DNA of 64,000 nucleotides from Kudoa neothunni (lineage: Eukaryota; Animalia; Cnidaria): the NCBI GenBank assembly GCA_964304625.1, contig OZ199840.1:2406787-2470786 (forward strand), read 5' to 3'. Positions 52,829 to 64,000 of this stretch are shown in pieces. The notes under the pieces are model-generated. The model was not told where the DNA came from, did not search any database, and saw nothing but the letters and a program-made list of their open reading frames with translations. The translations under genes were made by a program, and so were the position numbers. Positions within the stretch are counted from its first letter, which is position 1. Each line of letters starts with the position of its first letter.

Positions 52829-54260
52829 TTATTCGGTTGAAACAATATTCATCCTTCTATTCGCCTTGTCTTTTGACCAAACTAAATTCATTTACTTAAT
52901 AATCTATTACACAATCACTATTTACATAAATTTCTGAAATGTTCGTTATAGTCTCTATTCAGTGTTAGTTGTATTAACGGGTTAGTGAATGAACTCAGAA
53001 AAACTGAAATAAAAGCAATATCTGAAGAAATTAACGGATATTTAGCATCGGTAAGACGATTCCTTATAATGGAACTGATAAACATTGGCGTCCACGTTGC
53101 AAAATAGCATGTAATAATAACGAGTAGTACTCGTAAATACATAATCTAGAATCAGTCATCATCAATTTTGATTAACAGATATTAATTGACCTCATTTGAT
53201 TTAACCGCCCGACTTCTGCTTTTATCAGATAATGTACTTGCATCAGCAATTATGCCCAAATAAGTATTATTAGTATTTCCTTTGGAAAAAATTCCTGTTG
53301 GAGATCCTTTGATAATAAAAACAAAATTTAATAAAAAATAAAATTCACACATTATTATACTTGTGGATCTTGTTGTTTGATAAGAAGCTACAAATAAAAT
53401 TAATTAATGGAATGATAGAAACAATATTAAAATTTATACGTGTCCGTAAACTAAAATTATCTTCCTCATTCGAAAATTCTTCTGGAGTTATTATACATAA
53501 CAGAAATAAGCACACCCACCGAGAATTTTTACAGCATCCACCAATAAATGAATCGGAGCCTTCAGTGAAATCGCTGTTTTTTTTCCTTAATTCATTTCTC
53601 AATTTTGTCAGACGTGTAGTAAGTGTTATAAATATAAGTATGTAGGATGTGATGATAAAAATTGTGGGTATGACGTACAATAAAACAACCAAAAATATTA
53701 GAAGTAGGGGTTTATCTTTTGTGTCCATCAAACATAAAGATCTTCCCGCTCTGAAAACACTCCATCCGATAACAGGGGGGTAACGTTAACACAAAAGACA
53801 ACAACCAGCAACAAAATATTCCCCAATATTTCATTGATTTTTTTATATATTTAACGTAGAAATATGGTTTGGAGACAGCGAAATATCTCACAGAAATTCC
53901 AAATATAAGTGTAAATTGTGTGCAGAAGAAACTAAAGTTTGCAAGGAAACCAATAATATTGCACAAATAATTTCCAGTATGGAGATAACCGGTCCATATT
54001 TGAACAACCGAACATGGAATTATCACAAAAGACTTCATAAAATCAAGTGCTAACATTCCAACCACAAATGGAGTAAACTTTCCTCTCTTTTTTAGTTTCA
54101 TGGTGATCACATACAACAAATAACAATTACATAAACCCCCACCGATTATAATCCATATCATAACAGAGGTTCTGACTACATTCCACCACAATAGTTGAGT
54201 TTTATTCATGTATAATTTTAATTAACCCCACAATGGAGTGTTGACGTATTTATTCATCAT
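52829..54260 (-). CDS. Rhodopsin-like (class A) GPCR, six predicted exons, with a 1-nt frameshift in a G6 run (53775-53780)
   Basis: Seven TMs: GGLCN (TM1), LALD (TM2), C...ISVRYFAV (TM3), W...LPP (TM4), YVIP...SY (TM5), YFATWTP (TM6), NPLI (TM7). Phase-consistent introns at 54176-54226, 53388-53439, 53307-53360, 53146-53190 and 52882-52925. Removing one G gives LPPVIGWSVFRAGRSLCLMD. First and last exons are less certain. Confidence 0.85.
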
Positions 54261-55769
54261 ATATATATTTCGTGTCTATAGTTAATTCTTGTCGTGATAA
54301 ATACGATTAATACATGAGTTAATAGCTGGACCTATCAATACTTGCTTGGTATATCAATCAAATTGAATAGATAATTCAATGCATTCATTATGAATAATAC
54401 CTCGTTGGAAACTATAACAAATATTTTGCAGCTCATTGAAAGATAATATGTTTATTTTACGGTGATGATGTCATTTGATGATATTTATCTAAGCATATAT
54501 TAGAGTATTTGTGTGCCTGAGATTTTACCATGTAGGCATGTGCGAGAAACTTTTTCTCTCTACAGAATAATTTTTTTATGTTCAATTGTACAAATATAAT
54601 AAGTATTTATGTTCCTTAAATTCCAAAGCTACAAACTATTGCGTCACTTACATCGATAAAGATAGATTGCTTTTGTTTCATCGCGTTGGTCGAAAATGAA
54701 AATTCTCAAGTTATTTCATTGATTAATGATATTGGGAACAATTGTAATTTTTGATGATTGAGTTAAGAGTACATTAAAAATATCTGAATTATTCTGATGC
54801 ATTTAGTTTTAGTCAGATTAAGGACGATTAATGATATTAGTTCCTACATTCACATGTGACACTGACAAAAATAATGGTTAACCTAAACAATATAAAGCTG
54901 AACCTCGTTAATGAAAATGTGGGGACCCGGCATTTTCCTTTGGGATACTGAAATTTCGGTTAAACGAAGTTCGTATGTGCGCATGTGTATAGAAAAAATT
55001 ATAAGTTGTTACATGATTTAATTTTCATTATTCAATGTACGTTTTATAAATTTAAAGACAATTATTACTATATATAAGTTAAAATGGTGAATACAATGTA
55101 AAAAAATTATTTTAAGATATAGTAATTCTAGACCTAATGTGGTCGGCGCGTGCGTAATGCCGGTATGTGTCACCGTGGCGCCACTACGCCATATTAGAGA
55201 GATACATTCTAGATTATAAAAAACGAACCATAATTATTACTAATAATCCTTTTATAATTTCTTTCATATTTCGATATTGTGAGTTGTATTAATAATGATG
55301 GTTAGAATAATTACAGTAACAATGAAGAGTATTTTCTCAGAGTTCTCAATAACGATGTTTAAAATTTTTTCTTTAATTACGATACGCACTATTCCAACAA
55401 TTTAATATTGATTAATGATTGTTACGACTTAATAAGACTTAAAAGTGGAGGTGTTGTGGAAAAAAAGATGCGTGAATATTGGTGAATTGGACCAACTACG
55501 TGGATAAATTAGTCTTATGAAGTAACTGCTAGTTTGAGATTAAATAATCTTGTAAATTCCATTTTTGTATTATATCACTCATGGAAAAATACAACAGAAT
55601 TTGTATTTACACAACATTTATCTGTTCATTATCAACATTTTTTCATTTTTAACGTAAAATACTGTATTATCTATGTTACGTAGTTTATATTAATCAGACA
55701 TAAACTTAAATTTGATAAAAAACAAACATATTTATCCATAAAATTATTGTAGGTGTCATTTTAACCAGG

Positions 55770-55947
55770 CATTGATCCAGTTTTCAAGGCATTTTTATCC
55801 GAAAATTCCAGCTAAACGTTGTTTTGGATTCGGATTGTTGAAGTTTCGGTCAGACAAAATTTTTTATTTGGATTCTACATCATTTTCAAATAAATTTTAA
55901 AAAATCATTCGGATAGCGCGATTTTCGGATAAACTGGGTTCGACTGT
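55770..55947. repeat. pogo/Tc1-type MITE fragment
   Basis: Right end CGGATAAACTGGGTTCGACTG|TA with repeated TTCGGAT/ATCCGAA motifs; the left end is not resolved. Confidence 0.45.
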
Positions 55948-57678
55948 ATTTCATATATAGTTTTAACCTACCATTTTGAAATATGTATTTTTGAGATTTG
56001 ATATTTAATATTTAATATAAACCCAGCCTTATGTGATAAATAAAGGTTTTACCGTCTTTCCACTATACATTCTTTTAAATGCTGGCCATGTTCATTCAAT
56101 TTTGTTTATACAAAAGTCATAATCCAGTTACTGACTTTATCAATACAATAGTTTCCATCATATTTTAGGCTTAAAATTATACTTAATACTTTCATATATG
56201 GTGTTTACTTATAAAATCTATCATAGAAATTTTATGTCCTACAATGTTTTTATAACTAAATTGGAATATTCATTGCAATATTTTCGTATGGTAACGCATG
56301 ATGATCCTATGAATCAATAATAAAATGAATTATTGGCTCATTTCGATCAGATATTTCTATCTGTTTTAATGTTCAACCTTCATTTTTGGGTTGCGTCAAT
56401 AATAATAAATTTTGAAATTCTTCTTTAATATTTTCTCCTTGATAAATTTTTATTGGATAGCAACCAAGTATCGACGATGGCCGTCTTAACTCTAATAGAT
56501 AAGAGGATTCATTTTTGGTTATGTTTAAAACAATTTGTAATTTTGAAATATTCTCCATTAGACATTTTAATTTTTCGTCAAATAGAATACGTCGATGATT
56601 AAAAAATACGACAAATTGAATTTTTTTAAATCCATATAAGGTTTTTATATCATGCAACAAAATTTTTTGATTTTACTGTTTAAATAATTTTATATTAGGT
56701 CTATATGTTTGAAAGTTTTTTATGTTTATGATTCGATCTATTATTAATTTAAGAATAGTAAGAACCATTTAAATCGAATCTTAGAGGGGCATTTTGTTAA
56801 AAATTTCATGATTCAAATAAATACTACATAATTTCCAATGTTATAAATAATATTCATTCAAATGCATTGAATTACTTAATTGGGTTCTCAGTGGAGTGAT
56901 GACTCAATTGTAAAGGGGGAGCACCTTTCTGAGCTAATACTTGCAGGTCTGATCCTAAAAAGAACTTGTAAACCATTTTTAAACGGTGCAACATTACACC
57001 GTGATTAATCAAATTGATTATTTAGTTTGAATCAGAACAATATTTCAATCATTTAGGTTCTGTTGCATAATATATAAAATCTTCTGAACTCAAATTAGAC
57101 AGAAAAGTTTCAAAATTTTGGATATTTTTCTTGGGATTCAAAAAAATAATTGCATCTTCTAGCAGAAAATTTGATGAACTCTTATAGAAAATACTTTTTT
57201 CACAGATTTTTGAATCAAACGTTAGAAATATGAATATAAACTACCAAATTGTGCGTGATTTAAAGTATCGTTCGATAAATTTCTTATTCAATTTTTTTGC
57301 AACTGGGTTCCCAATACTCGAGACATAATCATTTATATATGACGATATTATATCAATGCTTAAGATGTAGTCCAGGTCTGAGAGATTGAGAAAGAATGAT
57401 GAGCAGTTTCTAGTGATGAAGTTAACTTCTTTAGTGATTAGTTTTTCTAAAAATATTTTGGAATTATATCGGTCAGAATTGTTTCTTCTTTATTCGTGAA
57501 TAATTCTTTTCCATGATAATATTACTATGTTCCATTGTTGAATATATCTTCACATATGTTGCTCGTATATAAAGACATGCCATTGTGAAACACAATCAAT
57601 GTTCCGTGACAAGTATTTTACCTTTTTTAGTTCACACGACAATATTAATATATCCTCGAACAGTCCAAACCTCATAAG

Positions 57679-57844
57679 CAGCGCTTCCCAACTAAAATTG
57701 GACTCGCACCCCCTTCCATACGATAATATGTAACTGACTAAAAATTTCTCAAACATTATTTTCTATTGTGGTTGAATCTCGCATCCTCATGCCTATAGAT
57801 TCACACCTCCTATGGATTCGAGAACTCCCTATAGGGAACCGCTG
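57679..57844. mobile_element. hAT-type MITE (copy 2 of 3)
   Basis: CAGCGCTTCCC...GGGAACCGCTG; TSD ctcataag/cttttaag (6/8). Confidence 0.85.
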
Positions 57845-59042
57845 CTTTTAAGTAATTTAAAATGAATCTTACTCGATAAACAATTTCAAAGATATTCGGC
57901 AAAAGAACAAATTCAGGATCGCCGAATTCTCTAGCTCATCAATTATAATCTCGAAAATTTTCGATGTTGCTTAGAAACTTGCATGTATATTGTGCTTAGC
58001 GGCTATAAATTGTTTATTACAGAATTTTAATTAAAAAGGAATTTTCAAAATTTATCAAATATAGCATGCAATTTATCTGTTGAAACCATAACTCTTAAGT
58101 ATAGTTTTCATTAGTCGAAGCTCCGTCGTCACAAGTAAATGAAAGCTTGATACCCAATCTTGAATGTTCTTCTTGGGTTAATTTCGCAAATTCTACAAAT
58201 ATACTCATTTTTGTAAGACAAATAACTAAAATAAGGATCATATTTTTAAAATTTTCATGTATATTTATAGTTGTTTGTTTGATCTCGATGTTCACTCATC
58301 AGAACACGGATCAGGTTTTGAATTGACACCCGAAAAAATTATCTTTATCTTATTTACCATAGAAGTCTCAAAATTCAAGGATGAATTGAAAATTGCATCA
58401 TATGATATTGAAATCTCTTTTATATGCGCTATTTTCGGAAACCCCCTAATGAAAGACTTATAGTAATTTTCGAAATTGAGATATTGTTTATTGCGATTAA
58501 TTAGTTAATATCAGTATTTAGACCGTAGTCCAAGAAAATTTTTCCGGTAAGGTATTCGAATATAGTTTGCATTTGCATTAAAGTATTTATAATTTTTATT
58601 AAAAAATATATGAGCGATTAGGAACTACTTAATCATTGTATCGATTCCTTGAGCTTTGACATGAGCATGAAGAGAATTGGTCAGGATTGCCAGCGGGGTT
58701 TAAAAAACTTCAAAGTCGAGGAAAACATTACTTTAAAGTAGAAAAATGCAGAATCGTATCTATTAAAGTTTTTAACCTTCTTCCGATTCAATAATTACGT
58801 CTTCAGAAAATAAATTTGAAGTTATCGTCGTATGATTGCGATGTTTTGGCACGAACACTCATTCATACTTAATGTCTCGTGTAGATCAATGCACCCACAA
58901 TTTATTACTTCGTAGTTCAAAATATATTTTGAAATAACGTTGAAATTTTCTAATAATGTGCGACAATGTTTACTGAGTAATTATGTAATCGGGTCATGTT
59001 AAACAATCCAATGTGCTGTCGTTCAATATCGCAAATGTTTAA

Positions 59043-62000
59043 GGAAGTGGCTATAGGTCACGCGACGAATATCTCGAAAACCATTGCATATTTTTCCCCC
59101 AAAATTTAAACATTATTTTAATATTGTCTAGCTTAATTTTTGGTAACTTATTGAAAAATTGTAAAAATGTTTATTTTTTTGATCATATCATCCATACGAC
59201 CATTACCAATTAAACATTCTTTTTTGAAATTGAATTTGATTCAATACAGTTTATAATCAATTATCAATATTTTATTTTTTAATAAGAGTAAAATTTTAGA
59301 TAATAAATAAATTTTGAGGATTAATTTACTTATCCAGCGTTAGGGATCATAAAATGAAACGTTTTGTATGCACAAAAATGAAGGACACCATCAAGTATCT
59401 ATATAGTTTATGATTTGAATGCATTTCGTCATTATTTTTTTTCATAAGGATTCCAATTTTTGTTAGGCGATTTCTTTGTGGTCGACCAACGGATTTTATT
59501 TTCGATGGAATTTTCAGCTCTACAAAAATATAAAAATACGTTTTTTTTACATTTTAACCTTTCAGTTTAGATTCTTCTGCGAGTTTTGATTGATTGATAT
59601 CATTAATAGGCTCTATTTGAGGATGAGTATCATCATCTGTGCTAAGTTTAGGTTTTTTAATGATTGTTATTTCTGACGAATCTATCGATGAATTCTAAAT
59701 TTAATATATGGAAATTAAATTAATAATCTCATACGTATTCTTGAAATTCAGGTATTTCTCCAACTATAGCAAAATATAAAATTTTATTTTTCAAAAAAAA
59801 ATCACATGTATTTAGGAAATCATCGACTACAGTGACATCATGATTTCTTAAAATGTTTTCTAAGAGATTTATACATCTTATAGACTTTTCATAAAAATCT
59901 CCACAAAATTCAGACGCGGTGTTAGCCAGCTTGGTTGTAAAGGTTGTTGCGTATCTCAACTTCTGTCCAAAACTTTTTATTTTGGGTTGGCTCTTCTTAT
60001 CAACAATGGTCGGAGTAATTTCGTTGTTCCTTTCGATTATAGTTCCAGTTCCTAAGAATTTCCTTCCATACGTTTTCGTCCACCTCTCATTGCACAATAT
60101 TTCAGAGAAAAGAGGTAAATTATTCAATAATCTTGAAGATAGAATATGACTGCAAGGCAGTGTGAAAGATCGGTAAAATACACATGATCACGTAGTTGCA
60201 TTAGTAGTTTCAGTTGAGTTTAACAACAAATCTTCGGTGCTTAATTGTGCAACCTGCTTTTGAAGTAAATTGAATGCATACTTGGTCAAGAGTTTCTCAT
60301 ACTGTGACATATATTCGTCATTAAAAGTTTTGTTTGAGCCATAACACAACTGGCTTATTGCCTCTCCTTCCCTTTCCGTGCGAAGGGTCCTCAAGATTTT
60401 GAAAAATTTATCAACAAAGTTTGTCAAGGAACTGAATTTATGGACAACACTTTTTATTTTTGAATTAATTGATTCAATACGATTGTTAGTTTCGTTTCCA
60501 TAAAAGTTGGTTGCATTGCTGAGCCCAATTATCCAATCTTTGTAAATCCCATCCCAATTTACTTTGAAATATTCGCTCAGCTTAGTATTATTAAACTCTT
60601 GGATTTCATTAACGTACTTTTTATACTCATCATAATCTTTACAATATATCATTTTTTGCAAACACCTTAGAATATCTTGACATTTTTTAGTGAATACGGC
60701 CAACTTGGTTCTGGTGATTTGTCGTCGAAAAATTTGTAGAACGTGAAATTTACAGAGAATGCAAGAAGACGATGGGAAACTTTTTTTTAGACACTTTCTC
60801 AACTTTTCGTCTTTGTCAGTGACAAGTGTACATACTTTATCACGCAAAGTAGGAACCATTTCTATTATGTTATTGCAAAACCATTGTATGGAATTTTCAG
60901 TCTCTTCAAATAGTATGCATACGCTTGTTATATGAGTCAACCCGAAAGAATCCTCTCCTGCCGATAAATACAGAGGAGCTCTAAAGTTAGTAAAATAAAG
61001 TTTGTGTGGTCATTTAAAAAAAAAATTAATACCTCGAATCAAGCAGTTTATATGTGGCGTCAACAAACATCACTTCAGGATACAATTCCAAAAATGACTT
61101 CATTTTATTATTAGGGAAAAATATTCCACTGACGACGTTACGCTCATTACGTAAAATTCTAACGTGACATTTATTATCTACACTTAAAGTTTTTTCAATT
61201 ATTTCTAAGTTGTCAGGAAACGAATTCTTATTTTTTTTAATGTTGTGAATAAATTTTAAACGAATATTTTTCCCAGTTTCCGTCTGTAATTTCGATTGAA
61301 TCAATTTTTTATTCGCCTTGAGGTTAACTAATTCAATAAGGTGTTGATCGTTTAGATTAATTTTCCTTTGCTTAGGAAGGTTTCTATATATCGTCTGATC
61401 TAATTGATGATTGTGCTCTAACATGCAGGAACGTATTTCAAGGAAAGCTCCGTCATTTGAAGTTCTTAATGTTATTTTGACAGGGCAATCTCCTTTTAAC
61501 ATTGATTTATTTCGAGCGCCACATGACCTCGTTTTCTTCTTCCCACTGAAAATACAACAGTATGTGACCTTGTAATAGCGAAGTGATTCATTGATCTGTT
61601 TTGTAATTCTACTACGAATATTTGAGATAGTTCTTGCTTGATATTTGTATAGATTACAAAACGACAACTTTTCGTATTCTGTGATGGCAATATGAAGATC
61701 TTCAAAAGAAGCATAACGCATACCGACTGTGAACATACTTGACGCCATATTGTATAGCTGGATGCTCAAAATAATGCGCCAACATTTAGACCTACAAATT
61801 TTACTTCCACTAAAATTTTTCATGTATTCTATGTATTTGAACTGATTTAGATTTTTAAAAATCAAATATATGCCAATAATGAAATACTGGTGATGTATAA
61901 CCACCATATGATCAAAAAAATAAACATTTTTACAATTTTCCAATAAGTTACCAAAAGTTAAGCTAGACAATATTAAAATAATGTTTAAATTTTGGGGGAA

Positions 62001-62051
62001 AAATATGCAATAGTTTTCGAGATATTCGTTGCCTGACCTATAGCCACTGCC
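59043..62051 (-). mobile_element. Complete Mutator/MULE element, 3009 bp
   Basis: About 145-bp TIRs (GG(A/C)AGTGGCTATAGGTCA...) and an exact 9-bp TSD AATGTTTAA (59034-59042 / 62052-62060). The empty site is visible in the paralog at about 49690. Confidence 0.95.
59347..61748 (-). pseudogene. ZSWIM3-like MULE transposase with four introns and one in-frame TGA at the first SWIM Cys
   Basis: ATG at 61748. WRKY/FAR1-like N-domain (C...CPVKI...HNH), FVDATYKL, VTDKD, CKFH, TNNRIES, SWIM T*SC...LPCSH and a GRP motif. Introns at 60981-61032, 59764-59805, 59695-59734 and 59520-59558 are all GT-AG and frame-preserving. The exact C-terminal stop is uncertain. Confidence 0.88.
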
Positions 62052-62071
62052 AATGTTTAAACCCTGCATGA

Positions 62072-62272
62072 CAGTGGTTCCCTACGGAGGGCTCCCATAT
62101 CCCTAAGAATGTGAACTGTGGGCTTGGGGGTGCGAAATTCGACCACAATAGAAAATGATTTTTAAGAAATTTTGAGACAGCTACCTACTACATCTTATCG
62201 TATGCAAACTGGTGCGAACTTCGATTTATCATCAAATGTGGGTGTGAGTCCGACTTTAATTGCGAAGCGCTG
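62072..62272. mobile_element. hAT-type MITE (copy 3 of 3)
   Basis: CAGTGGTTCCC...GCGAAGCGCTG with an exact 8-bp TSD CTGCATGA. Confidence 0.92.
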
Positions 62273-64000
62273 CTGCATGATATAATCTGACTATGATACA
62301 TCACTAAAAATATAAATATTAACGCCGTACAACAAAAATTGTTATTCTTTAATGTTTACCGGTTTTTATATAAAATCCAAGATTTTGTATTAAATGAAAA
62401 AAACCAAGAACCCAAAATGTACATAAAAAACCCAAGCCCCGGCAGCCCAGGAACTGGTGGAGTTATTTTGTACATAAGTACTGCCTTGCATTTTTAAAAT
62501 CTTGTTTTTTTATTTTCAACCTTAATAAATAACCTACAGACAACAAACCTAATTCCTGAAGCTATGGAAAAATTTCTAATTATTTTAATAATAAACACGT
62601 GCCATTCTCAAAGCTATTTGTCGTTCATTTAATATCATAAAAGGCGTTTACTTTTTGGATGAGTTATGTAAATGGCAATAGATGTTAACTTTAAATAATT
62701 CAATTAGGGTTATTCATAAACGATTTCGGATTTGAATTTCCGATTTTTGTTTTCGCTAAAAACTGAATCAAATCCGACGGTTAAAAGCCTAGCCTAAAGT
62801 AAACCTTGCTTTGCTACAAAAAAAATTACAAAGAATTTTGTCAAAGGCTATTAGCAAGATAAAATTTAATCTTAAATGGCATGTTCGCTTGCGCAATGGG
62901 AATTTTTAATCCCAGTAACTCCTATTAATAGTTGGCCTATAAAGTTTATTTTTTAGAATCAGCTGTATTTAATTATTTTTGATGCCTAGAAGCGGTAACG
63001 AAGGGCCAAAAATAATTAAATGCGGTCAAAACTATACCTATCTTGATATTATAATCCGTGTCAATAGCCACTTCATTTAATTATGTACGTCGAGATTAGG
63101 GTTTATGTGATGGTCATATCACGCTCAACCTTTTTGGAAACTATAAAGGCTAGAATATCGGAATTAGGCTATTAAACGACCGCGCTGTATATAATAAATA
63201 CACGTTTTTACGAAAAATAATACAAATAAAATGTTTTCTTCGACTTTAAATGCACTATAAACTTAAATTTATTTAATTTAAAATTATGGAATGATTATGT
63301 TGATTATTGGGTTTGAGAATACATCGAAGTAAAGTTTTTTAGTTGAAGTTTAAAGATCACATCTTTTTCATTTTTGTCTTAATCCGTTTTTGATGTAACA
63401 AATATAATGTTTAGCATTTTAGTAACTTTGTACGTCACACCACATCACGCATACACTCTCGTTATCACGCACAACGCATATTTATCGGGCTCATGCCTCT
63501 CCCATCACGCGTCACGCTTTATAAAAATTCTAGTCGAGGTTTAATGACCGTTCATAATGGCAATTTGTGAAATATACTAATAAACAAAAACAACGACCTA
63601 ACTGATTCGAATAAGGTTTTTTATTTATTTCGTAAAAATATTATTATTGTTTGTACATGAATCAGAAGATTCTTCTGTATTGAAAGATCATTCGCTTAAT
63701 TAGAGCAGTATTTGTTTAATTGGGTGCGATTATGAGTTAACCGTTTATTGTTATATTTGATGAGATAATAACTAACGTAGGGAGAATTAAAATTCTATCG
63801 GAAGTTTTTAAATAACATGGAAATCCTCAATGTATTCATATTCAATATTTAATTAAAGTATATTAGTAATATACATTTATATAAAAATAGGTATTTGGAT
63901 TTATGCTATTCACGAATTAATTCATTACATTAATATTAATTGGTCGATTATTTATATATTGATTGTAATTGTTTTTATGTTTATGAGGAGATTATGGATG

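Larger units (their letters stand above)
58682..62450 (+). mobile_element. Non-autonomous hAT-like element interrupted by a MULE and a MITE
   Basis: CAGGATTGCC...GGCAGCCCAG ends; 8-bp TSD gaattggt/gaactggt (7/8); paralog at 49480-50045. Confidence 0.8.
56050..63100 (-). mobile_element. Decayed hAT transposase relic hosting later insertions
   Basis: NRNKQYLN (~58480), TCDDGAS (~58130) and IDCVSQW (~57595) occur in hAT order, with probable N-terminal pieces beyond 62460. Limits are approximate. Confidence 0.4.

Noticed and set aside
52918-53145. Opsin identity for the GPCR
   Set aside because: No retinal-binding Lys in TM7.
33599-60190. Fixed reassignment of TGA to one amino acid
   Set aside because: Internal TGAs align to different residues (Arg, Trp, Cys) and none occurs in my host gene models. 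Only leaky readthrough is kept as a hypothesis.
61749-62069. 107-aa N-terminal extension of the MULE ORF
   Set aside because: It starts outside the element and runs through the TSD and TIR; the likely real start is ATG 61748.
1-64000. Prokaryotic features (CRISPR arrays, operons, rRNA, bacterial IS630/IS1595)
   Set aside because: No regularly spaced repeat-spacer array or rRNA was seen. Spliceosomal introns and ADAM/HP1/GPCR genes show the DNA is eukaryotic, so the IS-like ORFs are Tc1 and Merlin.

Overview
AT-rich eukaryotic (animal) genomic DNA with very short GT-AG introns (about 39-54 nt), compatible with a compact parasitic metazoan such as a myxozoan (inference only). I can support three host genes, all on the minus strand. 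They are an ADAM10/kuzbanian-like metalloprotease (2110-4803), an intronless HP1/chromobox gene (11361-12209) and a class A GPCR (52829-54260) carrying a 1-nt homopolymer frameshift. Most of the remainder is nested transposable elements: at least six piggyBac copies or relics, four Merlin (IS1595-like), Tc1/IS630, pogo, three MULEs, hAT relics and MITEs, non-autonomous Helitrons, a tRNA-headed SINE and a 110-bp solo LTR. Many boundaries resolve to the base through TIRs, TSDs and in-window empty-site paralogs. The most notable observations are: (i) a complete Mutator element whose SWIM-type transposase has four host-sized introns and a single TGA at a zinc-finger Cys; (ii) near-intact transposases of three superfamilies each broken by one in-frame TGA; (iii) a piggyBac/piggyBac/Tc1 nest; (iv) a 33-bp TIR-only piggyBac-like hairpin in the GPCR 3' UTR; (v) an apparent TTAATTAA footprint in a Merlin TIR. 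I found no clearly new multi-gene system. All family calls are by-eye motif recognition, without database searches.
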